Assembly (NCBI GenBank): GCA_965197745.1
Contig: CBDANS010000007.1
Location: 1,632,001-1,696,000 of the forward strand
DNA: 64,000 bases
From: Opitutales bacterium
GTDB lineage: Bacteria > Verrucomicrobiota > Verrucomicrobiia > Opitutales > PNEW01
Reading direction: 5' to 3'
A program made the position numbers and the translations under genes. Shown piece by piece: positions 1 to 10,479 of the stretch; positions within the stretch are counted from its first letter, which is position 1, and each line of letters begins with the position of its first letter. The notes beneath the pieces are model-generated. The model saw only the letters and a list, made by a program, of their open reading frames with translations. It had not been told where the DNA came from and did not search any database.

Positions 1-1075
1 CGGTGATTAATTTAAAAGCTGATGCCGGCGGATAAAGTCCCTGTGTGGCCCGATTCATCCAGGCTCCTTTTTCACGAATCTCACGATCAATTTTATAGGA
101 AATGAAAGGAGACAAATCATTCAAATTAAAGTTCGGTTTACTGGCCAATGCATAGACTTCACCCGTTCTTACATCAATCGCGACAATTGCGCCAATTTTA
201 GAACCGAGCGCATTCTCAGCAATTACCTGTAAGTCGACATCAATGCTGGTATTTAGATCTTTGCCTCTGATCGGAAGTTTTTGAGAAACAAGTTCATATT
301 GAAAACCAAAAGGGTCGACGACCCAGATCTCGCTTCCACTGCTGCCCTGAAGTATATTATCAAAACTGTTTTCCAGTCCCGAACGGCCTATTTTTCCTTT
401 AAAAGTGAAGGTTGTAAGGTCTTTGCCGGGGACGCCCTCTCGAGAAACTTCATAGGTTGAAACGACAAAACCAAGCGTATGCACCGCGGCTGAATTGTAA
501 GGATAGTAGCGTGCACTGTCGGTATAAATTTGTATGAAGGATTCAACAGGGATATGCTCCGCTATCTTTGCGTATTCCTCGAAAGTGAGATCAGTCGCTA
601 ATTTATATGGCAAAAGAAGCTTTTGATGGAAATGTCGTTCGATATCATTCCGCTCAATCTTACGCTCAATTTCAAGAATAACATTTATTATTTGCAGGTA
701 TTTCTCCACGACATTTTTTCTGGCGGTAACCTGAATCTCTAAACTGTCGACATGCTGTTCGGTCTTTCGGTATTGCCTTACGAGCTTTATATATTCTTTA
801 CGAAATTCAGGGCGAAGCTCGTTCAAATATACAACCGCGGAAAATCTCGGGCGATTGCCTACCATCAGGCGTCCTTCCCGATCATAAATGTTTCCCCGTG
901 GTCCAGGCAGAAGAATGCGGCGCAAACTCTGTTTTTCCTCCTGTTCTCGATACCTGTGACTCTGGAATAACTGTCGGATCAATAAACCCGAGCCCAGGAC
1001 TAAAAACAACAATACGAATACGATGTAAAACAATCGCAATCGCGGATTAAAATTTCTATGAAATTCAAATTCCAT
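1..1075 (-). CDS. mrdA: Penicillin-binding protein 2 (5' part; runs off window start)
   Basis: Hand translation from ATG at 1075: MEFEFHRNFNPRLRLFY...TM helix...LRRILLPGPRGNIYDREG (PBP dimerisation start); follows mreBCD. Absent from ORF track because no stop in window. Confidence 0.9.
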   Translation of the reverse strand, partial: MEFEFHRNFNPRLRLFYIVFVLLFLVLGSGLLIRQLFQSHRYREQEEKQSLRRILLPGPRGNIYDREGRLMVGNRPRFSAVVYLNELRPEFRKEYIKLVRQYRKTEQHVDSLEIQVTARKNVVEKYLQIINVILEIERKIERNDIERHFHQKLLLPYKLATDLTFEEYAKIAEHIPVESFIQIYTDSARYYPYNSAAVHTLGFVVSTYEVSREGVPGKDLTTFTFKGKIGRSGLENSFDNILQGSSGSEIWVVDPFGFQYELVSQKLPIRGKDLNTSIDVDLQVIAENALGSKIGAIVAIDVRTGEVYALASKPNFNLNDLSPFISYKIDREIREKGAWMNRATQGLYPPASAFKLIT

Positions 1076-1091
1076 AATTAATTATATCCGA

Positions 1092-1619
1092 TTAATTATT
1101 TCCTGCGTCAACGACGAGGGGTTTACCGGATTTAAGCGCAAATAATTTCTGCATTTCAAGCGTTGCGGGAGCAATTATAAATAAAACCAGTCCGGAAAGA
1201 ACGAGATCTGTTAAGCATCTTGTCCAATAAGGATCTTCAAAAAAGACGCCTCTTCCCATAAGGAGAGTGACCACGAGCATATAAGCGCAGTTAAAATAGA
1301 GAGCGATGAGAACAATATGGTTACGATTTGTGGTCCTCAACCGTGATTCGAACTTTCGTATAAGAATATAGCCAGTGATAAATAATAAGAGCGATGTGCC
1401 ATAAGGTAAAGGGAGCAAGGCATCGAGAAGAAGAGCGATAAATGCGACGAGAAGTAATCCTGGCCAGAAAGCCATGTAAAGCGTGGGAAAAAGTAAATAC
1501 AAACTGACGAGAGTAAGAGAAATAGAAAAACGAGCTAAGGTATTGTTGAGGGAAACGATTACCATATAAAGCAAAAGAGAAAGTAAAAGAATAATCAGAA
1601 TTTGTCTTAACTGATTCAT
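1092..1619 (-). CDS. mreD: Rod shape-determining protein MreD
   Basis: 175-aa highly hydrophobic protein between mreC and mrdA. Confidence 0.75.
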   Translation of the reverse strand: MNQLRQILIILLLSLLLYMVIVSLNNTLARFSISLTLVSLYLLFPTLYMAFWPGLLLVAFIALLLDALLPLPYGTSLLLFITGYILIRKFESRLRTTNRNHIVLIALYFNCAYMLVVTLLMGRGVFFEDPYWTRCLTDLVLSGLVLFIIAPATLEMQKLFALKSGKPLVVDAGNN

Positions 1620-2461
1620 TGATCGATTATTCCCTCCTCGAAAATGGGATTTAAGACCGTAACTTCCTTTAAGCTGAGGAGGTCTTTGCTTAGGTCTACT
1701 TCACCGACTTGAAATAAACCGTTACTACTAGGCGCAAAGCTTTCTACCCAACCAATGGTAAGACCATCGGGAAAAACGCCACCGAGTCGAGAGGTCGCCA
1801 GACGAAGAGGTGTTGAGGGATTGATTGACACATCGACTTGCACATCTTTGATAATGCCGGAAGGTTCGGCCAATGTATTATTGAGATGGCCGTAAAAGGT
1901 AACCGGTCGCTCGTCCCCATCAAATTGCGCGGCGATACGGAAAGTGCGACTGCTCACTAATTCTACGACTGAGGTAAACTGCCGCACTTCTTTTATACGG
2001 CCGACTACGCCCCCGGAGTAAACGACTGCTGCCCCTTGGATTATATTATAATTCTTCCCTTTGCGAATGAGAACCTGCTGCCACCAGCTGTTTATATCAC
2101 GACGTATAACCCGAGAAACTTCATATCGATATTGGGGCAGCGATGGAAGTTGAAGCAATTTTTCGAGACGCCTCACTTCGGATTCGAGTGAATCGAACTG
2201 TTGCAGTCGCAATTCGTAAGCGGCATTTAAGCGAGCGAGGTCCTGACCGGCTTCGATAAGGTCAATTTTAGAATGACTTCGATTCGACCAGAAATCCTGG
2301 AGGTTGGTAAGGTAGGAAACAGCAGTCCAGGCAGGTGCTTGAAATTCAAAGAAACTGACACGTAATGTGGACTTGATAACAGTGGGAATCAACCACCATA
2401 AAATCAATACGAAGATAAGTATGGCTAGGGGCTTCCCGAGGAAAGTTAGCTTATTAGCCAA
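1616..2461 (-). CDS. mreC: Rod shape-determining protein MreC
   Basis: N-terminal TM, coiled coil, GVVGRI and TSxLGGVFPxGLxIG motifs; synteny. Confidence 0.92.
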   Translation of the reverse strand: MANKLTFLGKPLAILIFVLILWWLIPTVIKSTLRVSFFEFQAPAWTAVSYLTNLQDFWSNRSHSKIDLIEAGQDLARLNAAYELRLQQFDSLESEVRRLEKLLQLPSLPQYRYEVSRVIRRDINSWWQQVLIRKGKNYNIIQGAAVVYSGGVVGRIKEVRQFTSVVELVSSRTFRIAAQFDGDERPVTFYGHLNNTLAEPSGIIKDVQVDVSINPSTPLRLATSRLGGVFPDGLTIGWVESFAPSSNGLFQVGEVDLSKDLLSLKEVTVLNPIFEEGIIDQ

Positions 2462-2481
2462 GGGAAGGTTTCCTTTATTGA

Positions 2482-3519
2482 TTAACTGGTTCGGTGCTTA
2501 AGCAACCAGCTTAAATCCTGAAGAACGATGCCCGTTCCGTTCGCCACTGCACTGAGGGGGTCTTCGGCTACAATTACAGGAACTCCGGTTCCATCGCTTA
2601 ATAAACGGTCCAGCCCGCGGATGAGTGAACCACCGCCTCCGAGGATAAAACCGCGATCAACGAGATCTGCGGATAGTTCCGGGGGACATCGTTCCAGAGC
2701 ATTACGCACCAGTTCAGTTATCGAGTTTAAGGTATCGGCCAGCGCTTCACGAATTTCCTGAGATGTAATATGAAGTGTTTTAGGTAAGCCGGCTACAGTG
2801 TCGCGCCCCTTCACTTCAAACGTTAACTCTTCATCCAGGGAGACGGCCGACCCGATACGTATTTTAATTTCTTCGGCGGTACTTTCTCCAATCATAAGGT
2901 TATAAGCTCGCCGCATATAATTAGTAATTGAAAGATCCATTTCGTCGCCACCAACACGAATACTTCGAGTAAAAACAACACCTGAAAGTGAGATTATCGC
3001 GACTTCGGTCGTGCCACCACCAATATCAACAATCATGTTAGCCGTCGGTTCATCGATAGGCAAACCGACACCGATAGCGGCGGCCATGGGTTCTTGTAAG
3101 AGAACAACTCTACTTGCTCCAGCGTGAGTGGCTGATTCGCGAACCGCGCGTCGTTCCACTTCGGTAATACCACTGGGGACTGCTACGACAACTCTTGGCG
3201 GAACAAACTTAAAATTGACGTGCACCTTACTGATGAAGTAACGTAGCATGGCTTCAGTAATTTCAAAATTAGCGATGACACCATCTTTCATCGGGCGGAC
3301 AACCATGATATTTTCCGGAGTTCGCCCCAACATTCTTTTGGCATCGTTACCGACGGCAACAACCTCCCGTGTTTCGGTACGTATAGCAACGACGCTAGGT
3401 TCACGTAAGACGATACCTTTGTCTCTTACGTATACCAGCGTATTCGCTGTGCCTAGGTCTATCCCGATATCATTCGAAAAGAAACCTACAACATTCTTTA
3501 ACGTGTGAGCGTTCAACAT
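2482..3519 (-). CDS. mreB: Actin-like protein MreB
   Basis: DIGIDLGTANT, EPMAAAIG, DIGGGTT motifs. Confidence 0.97.
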   Translation of the reverse strand: MLNAHTLKNVVGFFSNDIGIDLGTANTLVYVRDKGIVLREPSVVAIRTETREVVAVGNDAKRMLGRTPENIMVVRPMKDGVIANFEITEAMLRYFISKVHVNFKFVPPRVVVAVPSGITEVERRAVRESATHAGASRVVLLQEPMAAAIGVGLPIDEPTANMIVDIGGGTTEVAIISLSGVVFTRSIRVGGDEMDLSITNYMRRAYNLMIGESTAEEIKIRIGSAVSLDEELTFEVKGRDTVAGLPKTLHITSQEIREALADTLNSITELVRNALERCPPELSADLVDRGFILGGGGSLIRGLDRLLSDGTGVPVIVAEDPLSAVANGTGIVLQDLSWLLKHRTS

Positions 3520-3753
3520 TGACGCTATGTTATTCAGAGGGGTTCTCTATAGGATAAGCAATAATGTCAAAGACATAATTTATTAATTGATAACTTTTTG
3601 TGAACCTTGATTAAATTTATTTACATTATCTACGCTCTTGGCAAGTCGATTCTTTAATTGATGAATTATACAGATTTCTTTTTTATCTTAGAGTGGACAT
3701 ATTTTGGCGTTTTATGATTTTACTTAGTTAAAAAGTTAAGCTCAGAAATTATA

Positions 3754-6105
3754 ATGTCTTTAATTTCCGTAAACACGGTAGCGGCTGTAATATCTAACCA
3801 ATACAGCATTATAAATGATTTGGGCGTGATCCTCGTTGGTATAGCGATCGCGGCTATCCTCTTTCATAAAATCCGGCAACCGGTTATTATTGGTTACGTT
3901 TTAGTCGGTCTGCTCCTGGGGCCGTATTTATTTTCGAATACGATTATTCATAGTTTTGATACGGTGCACGCTCTTGGTGAGCTGGGTATCGTTTTCCTTC
4001 TTTTTAATATTGGTTTAGAATTTGACCTGCGGCGTCTGCAACGTGTTTTAGGGCCGGCGACCCTTGCCATTATTTTACAGACAGCGGGCATGGTGATTCT
4101 CGGCATGCTTATCGCGCCCGTTTTAGGATGGGACACAACGCATGCGGTTTTTTTGGGAAGCCTTCTTGCCATCAGTTCCTCGATGGTCACTTATAAAATA
4201 TTACGCGATCAAGGTCGCATCAAACATCCGCATGCCCAACTGGCGATTGGAATCCTTATTCTCGAAGATCTCCTTGGTGTCGCCATTCTTGTTTTGCTGA
4301 CCGGGGTGGCCGTGACCGGACATTTTGCCTGGGGATCAGTATGGCAAGTAACTTTTTTCGTGGGAGTTTTTGTCGTCGTCGTTTATTTTTCAGGCAAGTT
4401 GATCGCGCCCGCGATTTTAAATTTTATCTACCGTTTTGGCAGCATAGAATTGATTACCCTATTTGCGGTTGGAATGGTTTTTGGAATCAGCGTGCTCGCG
4501 CAGGTTTTTCATTTCTCTGTCGCGCTCGGCGCATTTCTTGCAGGTTCTATATTTTCCCATACTGAGCATGTTGAGGAAATTGAAAATGCGATGCGTCCGA
4601 TGTACGATGTATTTTGCGCGATATTTTTCGTGTCCGTGGGCATGTTAATTAATCCCGTTCTTCTCATTGAAAACGGGGTGTGGATCATTTTTCTTTCGCT
4701 CCTGGTAATCGCCGGTAAAATCATTACTTGCTGGACTGGTTTATTTCTCGCGGGACAGCCATCACGAAGCAGCTTTCGAGCAGCTGTGGCCAAGTGCCAG
4801 ATTGCGGAATTCAGCTTCATCATCGCGGAATTAGGGCAGAGGCTTAATGTTACGGATCAAAACCTTACAACCGGTGCTATCGGTGTGGCTTTAATCACCA
4901 TAACATTAACGCCGCTCCTCAGTAATCACTCGGAGAAGATCTATAAAGCAATGGCCCGCAGATCGCCAGAACCGGTTCGAATTATCGGGCGATTTTATCA
5001 CAATCTGTTGGAGACTATTTTTACGGTAATCGGCCGCAACACCTTACTGCGTCTTATCAAAAGACCTATTCTGCACATATTGGGATACTTTTTTTTATTT
5101 AATGGGGTCGTTTTTATAAGCTATTTCGCGGCACTCTTTGTCGAGAAGCAAGGGCTGGGAGGCTCTTACCATTATTTAATATACAGTGGAATATGGTTAC
5201 TGGCAGCATTGGCGATGCTGCCTCCAATCGTAGCGATTATCCGCAATTCTGATGTTATTGTGATGTTGGTCTCGGAATCGGTTTTAGGATCCGGTGCCAC
5301 GAGCCAAACGTTTAAAGGACGTATGCGTAATATTTTTAACAACCTAATCCTCCTTTTAGTGTTAGTCTACGTGGGGGGTATTTACTTGTCAGCAGCAGCC
5401 AGATATTTCCCCAAGGGCCTGGCGTTGGTTCTTTTTTTTGGATTAATTTTCACGGTCGGATTTATTTTTTGGCGACATATGATTGCCCTTAATTCCCGAA
5501 TTGAAATTCTATTTATGAAAAGCCTTAACCAGCGCTCATACGATATGGATGAAAAACGGCGCTCAACGATAATGAGAGAGATCTCGAGTAAACACTCCTG
5601 GCCCGTTCATTTACAGGAGATGACCGTGAAAAGTGGGACCCTGGCCAATGGTAAACGGATACTTGATTTAAATCTGCGCAGACAAACAGGTTCGACCATT
5701 ATCGCAATGGGTCGAGGCAGCACTCACATCTTTGATCCCAGTCCCGACGCTCCCATTTTTGCCGGTGATCATCTTCTTCTTTTGGGGAGCGAGACGCAAA
5801 CTCAGAAAGCAGTCGATTTTCTTTCAGCAAAATCAAGGGATGAAAAGATTTCACCGCTAGCTTCATTTAAAACCGAACAGGTCTACTTAAATCCGGGATC
5901 AGAACTCGATGGTAACACGCTTGCCGGGGCTGACTTACGCCGTCGCTATGGTATCAATGTTGTCGGTTTACAGAGGGGGACCAAACGCATGACTTCACCG
6001 CCCGCTGATGAAATACTTCGCGCCGGTGATATTCTCCTGGTGGTATGTGAACCTGAAGCTTTAGCAGATTTCCAAAATAAGAGCAACCCGAAGCCCTCCT
6101 CATAG
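3754..6105 (+). CDS. CPA2 (Kef-type) cation:proton antiporter with two C-terminal TrkA-C/RCK domains
   Basis: LGIVFLLFNIGLEF, ILILEDL, ALGAFLAG motifs; two 'LRRxxGxxIV..RG' RCK_C repeats. Confidence 0.9.
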   Translation: MSLISVNTVAAVISNQYSIINDLGVILVGIAIAAILFHKIRQPVIIGYVLVGLLLGPYLFSNTIIHSFDTVHALGELGIVFLLFNIGLEFDLRRLQRVLGPATLAIILQTAGMVILGMLIAPVLGWDTTHAVFLGSLLAISSSMVTYKILRDQGRIKHPHAQLAIGILILEDLLGVAILVLLTGVAVTGHFAWGSVWQVTFFVGVFVVVVYFSGKLIAPAILNFIYRFGSIELITLFAVGMVFGISVLAQVFHFSVALGAFLAGSIFSHTEHVEEIENAMRPMYDVFCAIFFVSVGMLINPVLLIENGVWIIFLSLLVIAGKIITCWTGLFLAGQPSRSSFRAAVAKCQIAEFSFIIAELGQRLNVTDQNLTTGAIGVALITITLTPLLSNHSEKIYKAMARRSPEPVRIIGRFYHNLLETIFTVIGRNTLLRLIKRPILHILGYFFLFNGVVFISYFAALFVEKQGLGGSYHYLIYSGIWLLAALAMLPPIVAIIRNSDVIVMLVSESVLGSGATSQTFKGRMRNIFNNLILLLVLVYVGGIYLSAAARYFPKGLALVLFFGLIFTVGFIFWRHMIALNSRIEILFMKSLNQRSYDMDEKRRSTIMREISSKHSWPVHLQEMTVKSGTLANGKRILDLNLRRQTGSTIIAMGRGSTHIFDPSPDAPIFAGDHLLLLGSETQTQKAVDFLSAKSRDEKISPLASFKTEQVYLNPGSELDGNTLAGADLRRRYGINVVGLQRGTKRMTSPPADEILRAGDILLVVCEPEALADFQNKSNPKPSS

Positions 6106-6168
6106 ATTTCACATTGCTTATGAACCCAGTCTTTATTTATTTTTCTGAAGTAGAGTATCAAAAATAAT

Positions 6169-8376
6169 ATGGCCACAGAATCTATATGCGGTGTCTGGAT
6201 AAGTCCAACTGGAGAAGCGCATCTATCCATAGGCGAGGGCAAGAACAAGCGTGAGGAAGTAGTAGAAAAATGGACACCCTTCCTTTGGGCTGATTCATTG
6301 CCGATAGGTGGGAAAGTGAGCGAAGAAAGGTTGAACGGTGATGACCCTTTCAAACACCTCTTGTCTTTCGAGATGATGGAGGATTTGCGCGATGCGACGC
6401 AAAAATCGCAAAGAAATTTCGCGATGGAAATGGTCCGGCCCTATGAGTGTCAATTTCTTCTATACTGTCAGAAACGCCTTTATGCTGAATTAAGTTTCAA
6501 TGATCTTCATCGCTGTCAATGTGACATAGAAACGGCTTGTTCCGTGGAGGGAAGCTTCAGCGATGCAAAGAGGAAGGAGGATCGCGTATTGGCCATAGGG
6601 CTCCATTTTAATGATGAGAGAAAAAGTCATTTATTGACCCTGGAAAATATAAGTGATGAAGCCGAGAGGGAGTTATTGCAGTCATTTAATTCCATCCTTC
6701 TCGAAGAGGACCCTGATGTAATTGAAGGTCATAATATTCACAGTTTTGATTTTCAATACCTTCGCCAGCGCGGGAAACGATTAAAGGTGCCCTGTGCCTG
6801 GGGGCGATTTGGAAAAGAAGCAAACTTTCGCAACAGTCGATTACGCGTAGCCGAACGCTGGGTGGATTTTGCACGTTGCGATATACCGGGGCGGGCGATC
6901 TTCGATTCTTATTTAGCCATTCAATTATTTGATCTGACGACGCGCGATTTAATTTCATACGGGCTCAAGGATGTCGCCATCTATCTTGGAATTACTGGTG
7001 GTGACCGTTCCAGTCGCACCTATATTGCCGGTGATAAAATTCAGCACGCATTTTCCGAAGATCGGGATACCTTTCTCGCGTATCTTGCCGATGATCTAAG
7101 AGAGACAAAAGGGGTTGCTGATATTTTGTTACCTACGTATTTTGCGCAAGCTCGCATATTCCCCATGACTTTACAGGAGATTCTTCTTCGTGGCAGCGCA
7201 TACAAAGTTGACCTCCTCTTGCTTGAAAAATATTACCATGCGCGTCGGAGCCTGCCCGCGATGCCTGAAGTGGGTAGTTTTGAAGGTGGGTATACGCGAA
7301 GTTTTAAAACCGGTATTTTTCATCATGTATTGCATTTTGACGTAGCTTCGCTTTATCCGAGTCTGCTCATAATTATGGAGCGCAATCCGTGTAATGACTC
7401 GCTTGGCATATTTGTTCCGTTGCTCAAAGAATTGAGAGAGTATCGATTGAAATACAAAGTATTGGCGAGAGAAGCTGAAAGTGAAGAACTTCGTAAAGAA
7501 TATTCAGCACGACAAAATAGTTTTAAGATACTTATAAATTCTTTTTATGGTTATCTGGGATTTGGTAATGCGCGATTTGCGGACAGTGAACTCGCGGCCG
7601 AAGTGACCCGTCGCGGTCGAGAGATATTGCAGTCCTTGATTGATGAATTCGGAAAATTGGGTTGTGGGGTATTGGAAGCTGATACGGACGGTATATATCT
7701 CACCTCCGAGGAATATCATAATCATCCGGATCGGTTACTAGAGAAGGTCTACCCTATATTACCGGAAGGACTCGAGTTGGAATATGATGGCCGCTATGAA
7801 GCAATTTTCTGTTACAAATCGAAAAATTACGCATTATATGATGGGACTAAAGTGACAATTAGGGGCTCCGCGCTGCGATCGCGCGGGATTGAACCCTACC
7901 TTAAATTACTCACTGACCAGCTTATTCGCTATCTCCTCGGTGTAGAAAAAGAATCGCCATTAATACGGGCTGAAGGATTACGCGGGGAGATTGAAAGCAG
8001 TCAAATTGACATATCACTTATAGCTAAATCAGAATACCTGAGCCAGCAACCCGAAGCTTACAAAAAGGCGGTGACCCAAAGTAAAAAACCGCGACGGGCC
8101 TCCCTCGAAGTTGCCTTACAAACAGAACCCATTCCTAAAATGGGTGAGCGCGTAACTTATTACATACTTCCAAAAGAAAAGGGAAAGACATCTGATTGGC
8201 AGCGCGCTCGCAATATCGCTGATTTTGATCCCCGGCAATTTCCTTTCGACCCCAGCTATTACACTAAAAAAATTGATGCCTGGATAAAGCGTTATAGTGA
8301 ATTTCTGGAAACAGAACAAGGAGACGATGCGGGAAAAAGCAATGAACAGATATCCTTGTTGCCCATCGATGAATGA
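6169..8376 (+). CDS. polB: Family B DNA polymerase (Pol II-like)
   Basis: Exonuclease DIET and GHNxxxFD; polymerase motifs FDVASLYPS, KILINSFYGYLG, ADTDG. Confidence 0.92.
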   Translation: MATESICGVWISPTGEAHLSIGEGKNKREEVVEKWTPFLWADSLPIGGKVSEERLNGDDPFKHLLSFEMMEDLRDATQKSQRNFAMEMVRPYECQFLLYCQKRLYAELSFNDLHRCQCDIETACSVEGSFSDAKRKEDRVLAIGLHFNDERKSHLLTLENISDEAERELLQSFNSILLEEDPDVIEGHNIHSFDFQYLRQRGKRLKVPCAWGRFGKEANFRNSRLRVAERWVDFARCDIPGRAIFDSYLAIQLFDLTTRDLISYGLKDVAIYLGITGGDRSSRTYIAGDKIQHAFSEDRDTFLAYLADDLRETKGVADILLPTYFAQARIFPMTLQEILLRGSAYKVDLLLLEKYYHARRSLPAMPEVGSFEGGYTRSFKTGIFHHVLHFDVASLYPSLLIIMERNPCNDSLGIFVPLLKELREYRLKYKVLAREAESEELRKEYSARQNSFKILINSFYGYLGFGNARFADSELAAEVTRRGREILQSLIDEFGKLGCGVLEADTDGIYLTSEEYHNHPDRLLEKVYPILPEGLELEYDGRYEAIFCYKSKNYALYDGTKVTIRGSALRSRGIEPYLKLLTDQLIRYLLGVEKESPLIRAEGLRGEIESSQIDISLIAKSEYLSQQPEAYKKAVTQSKKPRRASLEVALQTEPIPKMGERVTYYILPKEKGKTSDWQRARNIADFDPRQFPFDPSYYTKKIDAWIKRYSEFLETEQGDDAGKSNEQISLLPIDE

Positions 8377-9336
8377 TTAAAGACCGCGCATGAATTGAAA
8401 GACATGATCGGAATTACCGGGAAAATTTTCATGTCTGAAGTCGGGATATAGAGTCATTTCTTTTGGAGATTTTATCTTATTGTAAACGGCAAACTGGGTC
8501 GACGGAGGGCAGATTTCATCCATGAGACCAGTTCCCATATGTACTTTGCCTTCTATGCGTGGAGCTAAGTGTTGAACGTCAATGTAACCGAGTCGAGTGA
8601 AGATTTCATCTTCACGCTTATGCATCGGATCAAAGAGGCGAAAATAAAGTCTTAATTCTTCGTAAGCTAAATTGGCTAAATCCATTTCCCAGACTCTTTT
8701 ATAGTCAGATAAAAAAGGAGCATCTGGAGCAGCCAATTTTATCCTTGGCTCCAGGGCCGCGCAAGCAAGGGTAAGTCCGCCCCCTTGTGACCCTCCCATG
8801 GCACCGACACGATTCTCATCTACATCATCCATGTCCATGATAATGCCGGCAAGTTGTGCCGTATCTAAAAAAATGTTTCTGAATAACAAGGCGTCAGGGT
8901 GATCATCAATGCCGCGAATGAAATGGCCACGATGGGTAGTCCCTTTTACTTTGCCACTGTCTTCCGAGCGTCCTCCCGGGCCGCGGCAATCCATAGCCGC
9001 GACGGTATAACCCAGGGCGACATAGCCGAGTTTATTATACCAATCACCGGCGTTACCTGAATAACCATGGAAGGTGACAAGAGCTGGGTGTTTGTCCTTT
9101 GCATGTGCGGGTCTAAGCAGTTGAACATGGATTCTAGCCCCACCAGTACCGTTAAAATAGAGATGGAAGCATTCAGCATAAGGAACTTCGAACGGGCTTT
9201 TTATAAGCTCAAAATCTCCTCTTAAAGCCTTCATTTCGGAAAGAGCTCGATCCCAATATTTATCAAAGTCATCCGGGCGGGGATTAGTTCCATGGTATTT
9301 TTTCAATTCATCCAGCGGCATATCAATAAGCGGCAT
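8377..9336 (-). CDS. Acetyl xylan esterase / cephalosporin-C deacetylase (CE7)
   Basis: MPLIDMPL...PDDFDxYW, FHGY, GGSQGG nucleophile, DEICPP. Confidence 0.9.
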   Translation of the reverse strand: MPLIDMPLDELKKYHGTNPRPDDFDKYWDRALSEMKALRGDFELIKSPFEVPYAECFHLYFNGTGGARIHVQLLRPAHAKDKHPALVTFHGYSGNAGDWYNKLGYVALGYTVAAMDCRGPGGRSEDSGKVKGTTHRGHFIRGIDDHPDALLFRNIFLDTAQLAGIIMDMDDVDENRVGAMGGSQGGGLTLACAALEPRIKLAAPDAPFLSDYKRVWEMDLANLAYEELRLYFRLFDPMHKREDEIFTRLGYIDVQHLAPRIEGKVHMGTGLMDEICPPSTQFAVYNKIKSPKEMTLYPDFRHENFPGNSDHVFQFMRGL

Positions 9337-9390
9337 CTTTACTTCTCCTTTACTGCTTTCAGGAAAAAAAAGAGGTGGCCTTAACCATTC

Positions 9391-10368
9391 CTAACCCTGA
9401 TAGAGAGGCTCAAGGCCTTCGGCAAAGCGGTCAATATTTTCCTTCAAAGCACCGATACGTCTTCGACAGGTAGCTACCGTGACTCCCGCAATATGTGGCG
9501 TGGTAATTACGTTGGGGAGTTGAAAAAGCGGGGATTCCGGGTCAGGGGGTTCAGGATCAAATACATCCAAACCCGCACCGGCAATGCGCTTATTTTTTAA
9601 TGCTTCAATTAAGGCCGGCTCATCGACAAGCCCGCCGCGGGCCACGTTGATGAGGATTGCGCTTTTCTTCATAAGCTCGATCCTCCGGCTGTCGATCAGT
9701 TTTTCGGTCTCTGGAAGGAGCGGGACATGGAGTGATATAATGTCAGCTTGGGCAACAAGCTCATCGGTTTTTTCAGTTGTTCCAAAAGAATCAACTCCAT
9801 ATTCATCGAGTAATGTTTGCTCCATGGGTAAGAGGTCAACAGCCATGATTCGCATGGCACAAGCTTTGGCGCGGCGAGCGAGTTCACGACCACTGGCGCC
9901 GAATCCTATTAAGCCGAGGGTCATCCCTCCTAAATCATCCCCAATCGGATCCCACATTTTCTGATTCCGCAATGCTATTTGGGTTTCCTCGAATCGGCGA
10001 GTGATCAATAAAATCATCATGAGGGCGCATTCGGCTAGAGAGGCTCCACTAAAAATGCCGGGGGTGTGCGCCACTTTAAACCCGCGCCGGTGCATGTCGT
10101 CGAGATCGATAGCGTCAAGACCGATAGAGGGGACAAGCCAAAGGCCGGCATTGCGGGCAGCGCTGTCTATAATTTCATCAGTGAGATTTTTGCCCAGGTT
10201 AATGACCACTTCCTGCCCGGTAAATTGTTCTGGGACAGGTTTATTATAATCGAATATGGTTAATTCATGAGTCACACCAATAGTTGCCTCAATTTCTTTA
10301 TGCAGATTGATATCCCAATCTATGAATGGAGTATTTTTTTGTATTAAGATAACTTTTACACGTTTCAT
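9391..10368 (-). CDS. D-isomer-specific 2-hydroxyacid dehydrogenase
   Basis: GLIGFGASG, INVARG, LDVFxxEP, TPHIAG. Confidence 0.9.
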   Translation of the reverse strand: MKRVKVILIQKNTPFIDWDINLHKEIEATIGVTHELTIFDYNKPVPEQFTGQEVVINLGKNLTDEIIDSAARNAGLWLVPSIGLDAIDLDDMHRRGFKVAHTPGIFSGASLAECALMMILLITRRFEETQIALRNQKMWDPIGDDLGGMTLGLIGFGASGRELARRAKACAMRIMAVDLLPMEQTLLDEYGVDSFGTTEKTDELVAQADIISLHVPLLPETEKLIDSRRIELMKKSAILINVARGGLVDEPALIEALKNKRIAGAGLDVFDPEPPDPESPLFQLPNVITTPHIAGVTVATCRRRIGALKENIDRFAEGLEPLYQG

Positions 10369-10479
10369 TTTATAATTTTTTATTTATATGTGATTATTAA
10401 AAATGAGGATCGCAAGAATATTTCCAGAGAGCCAGGATTTGGATTGATAATTATCCTGATTTTCAATTAAGGAAACATA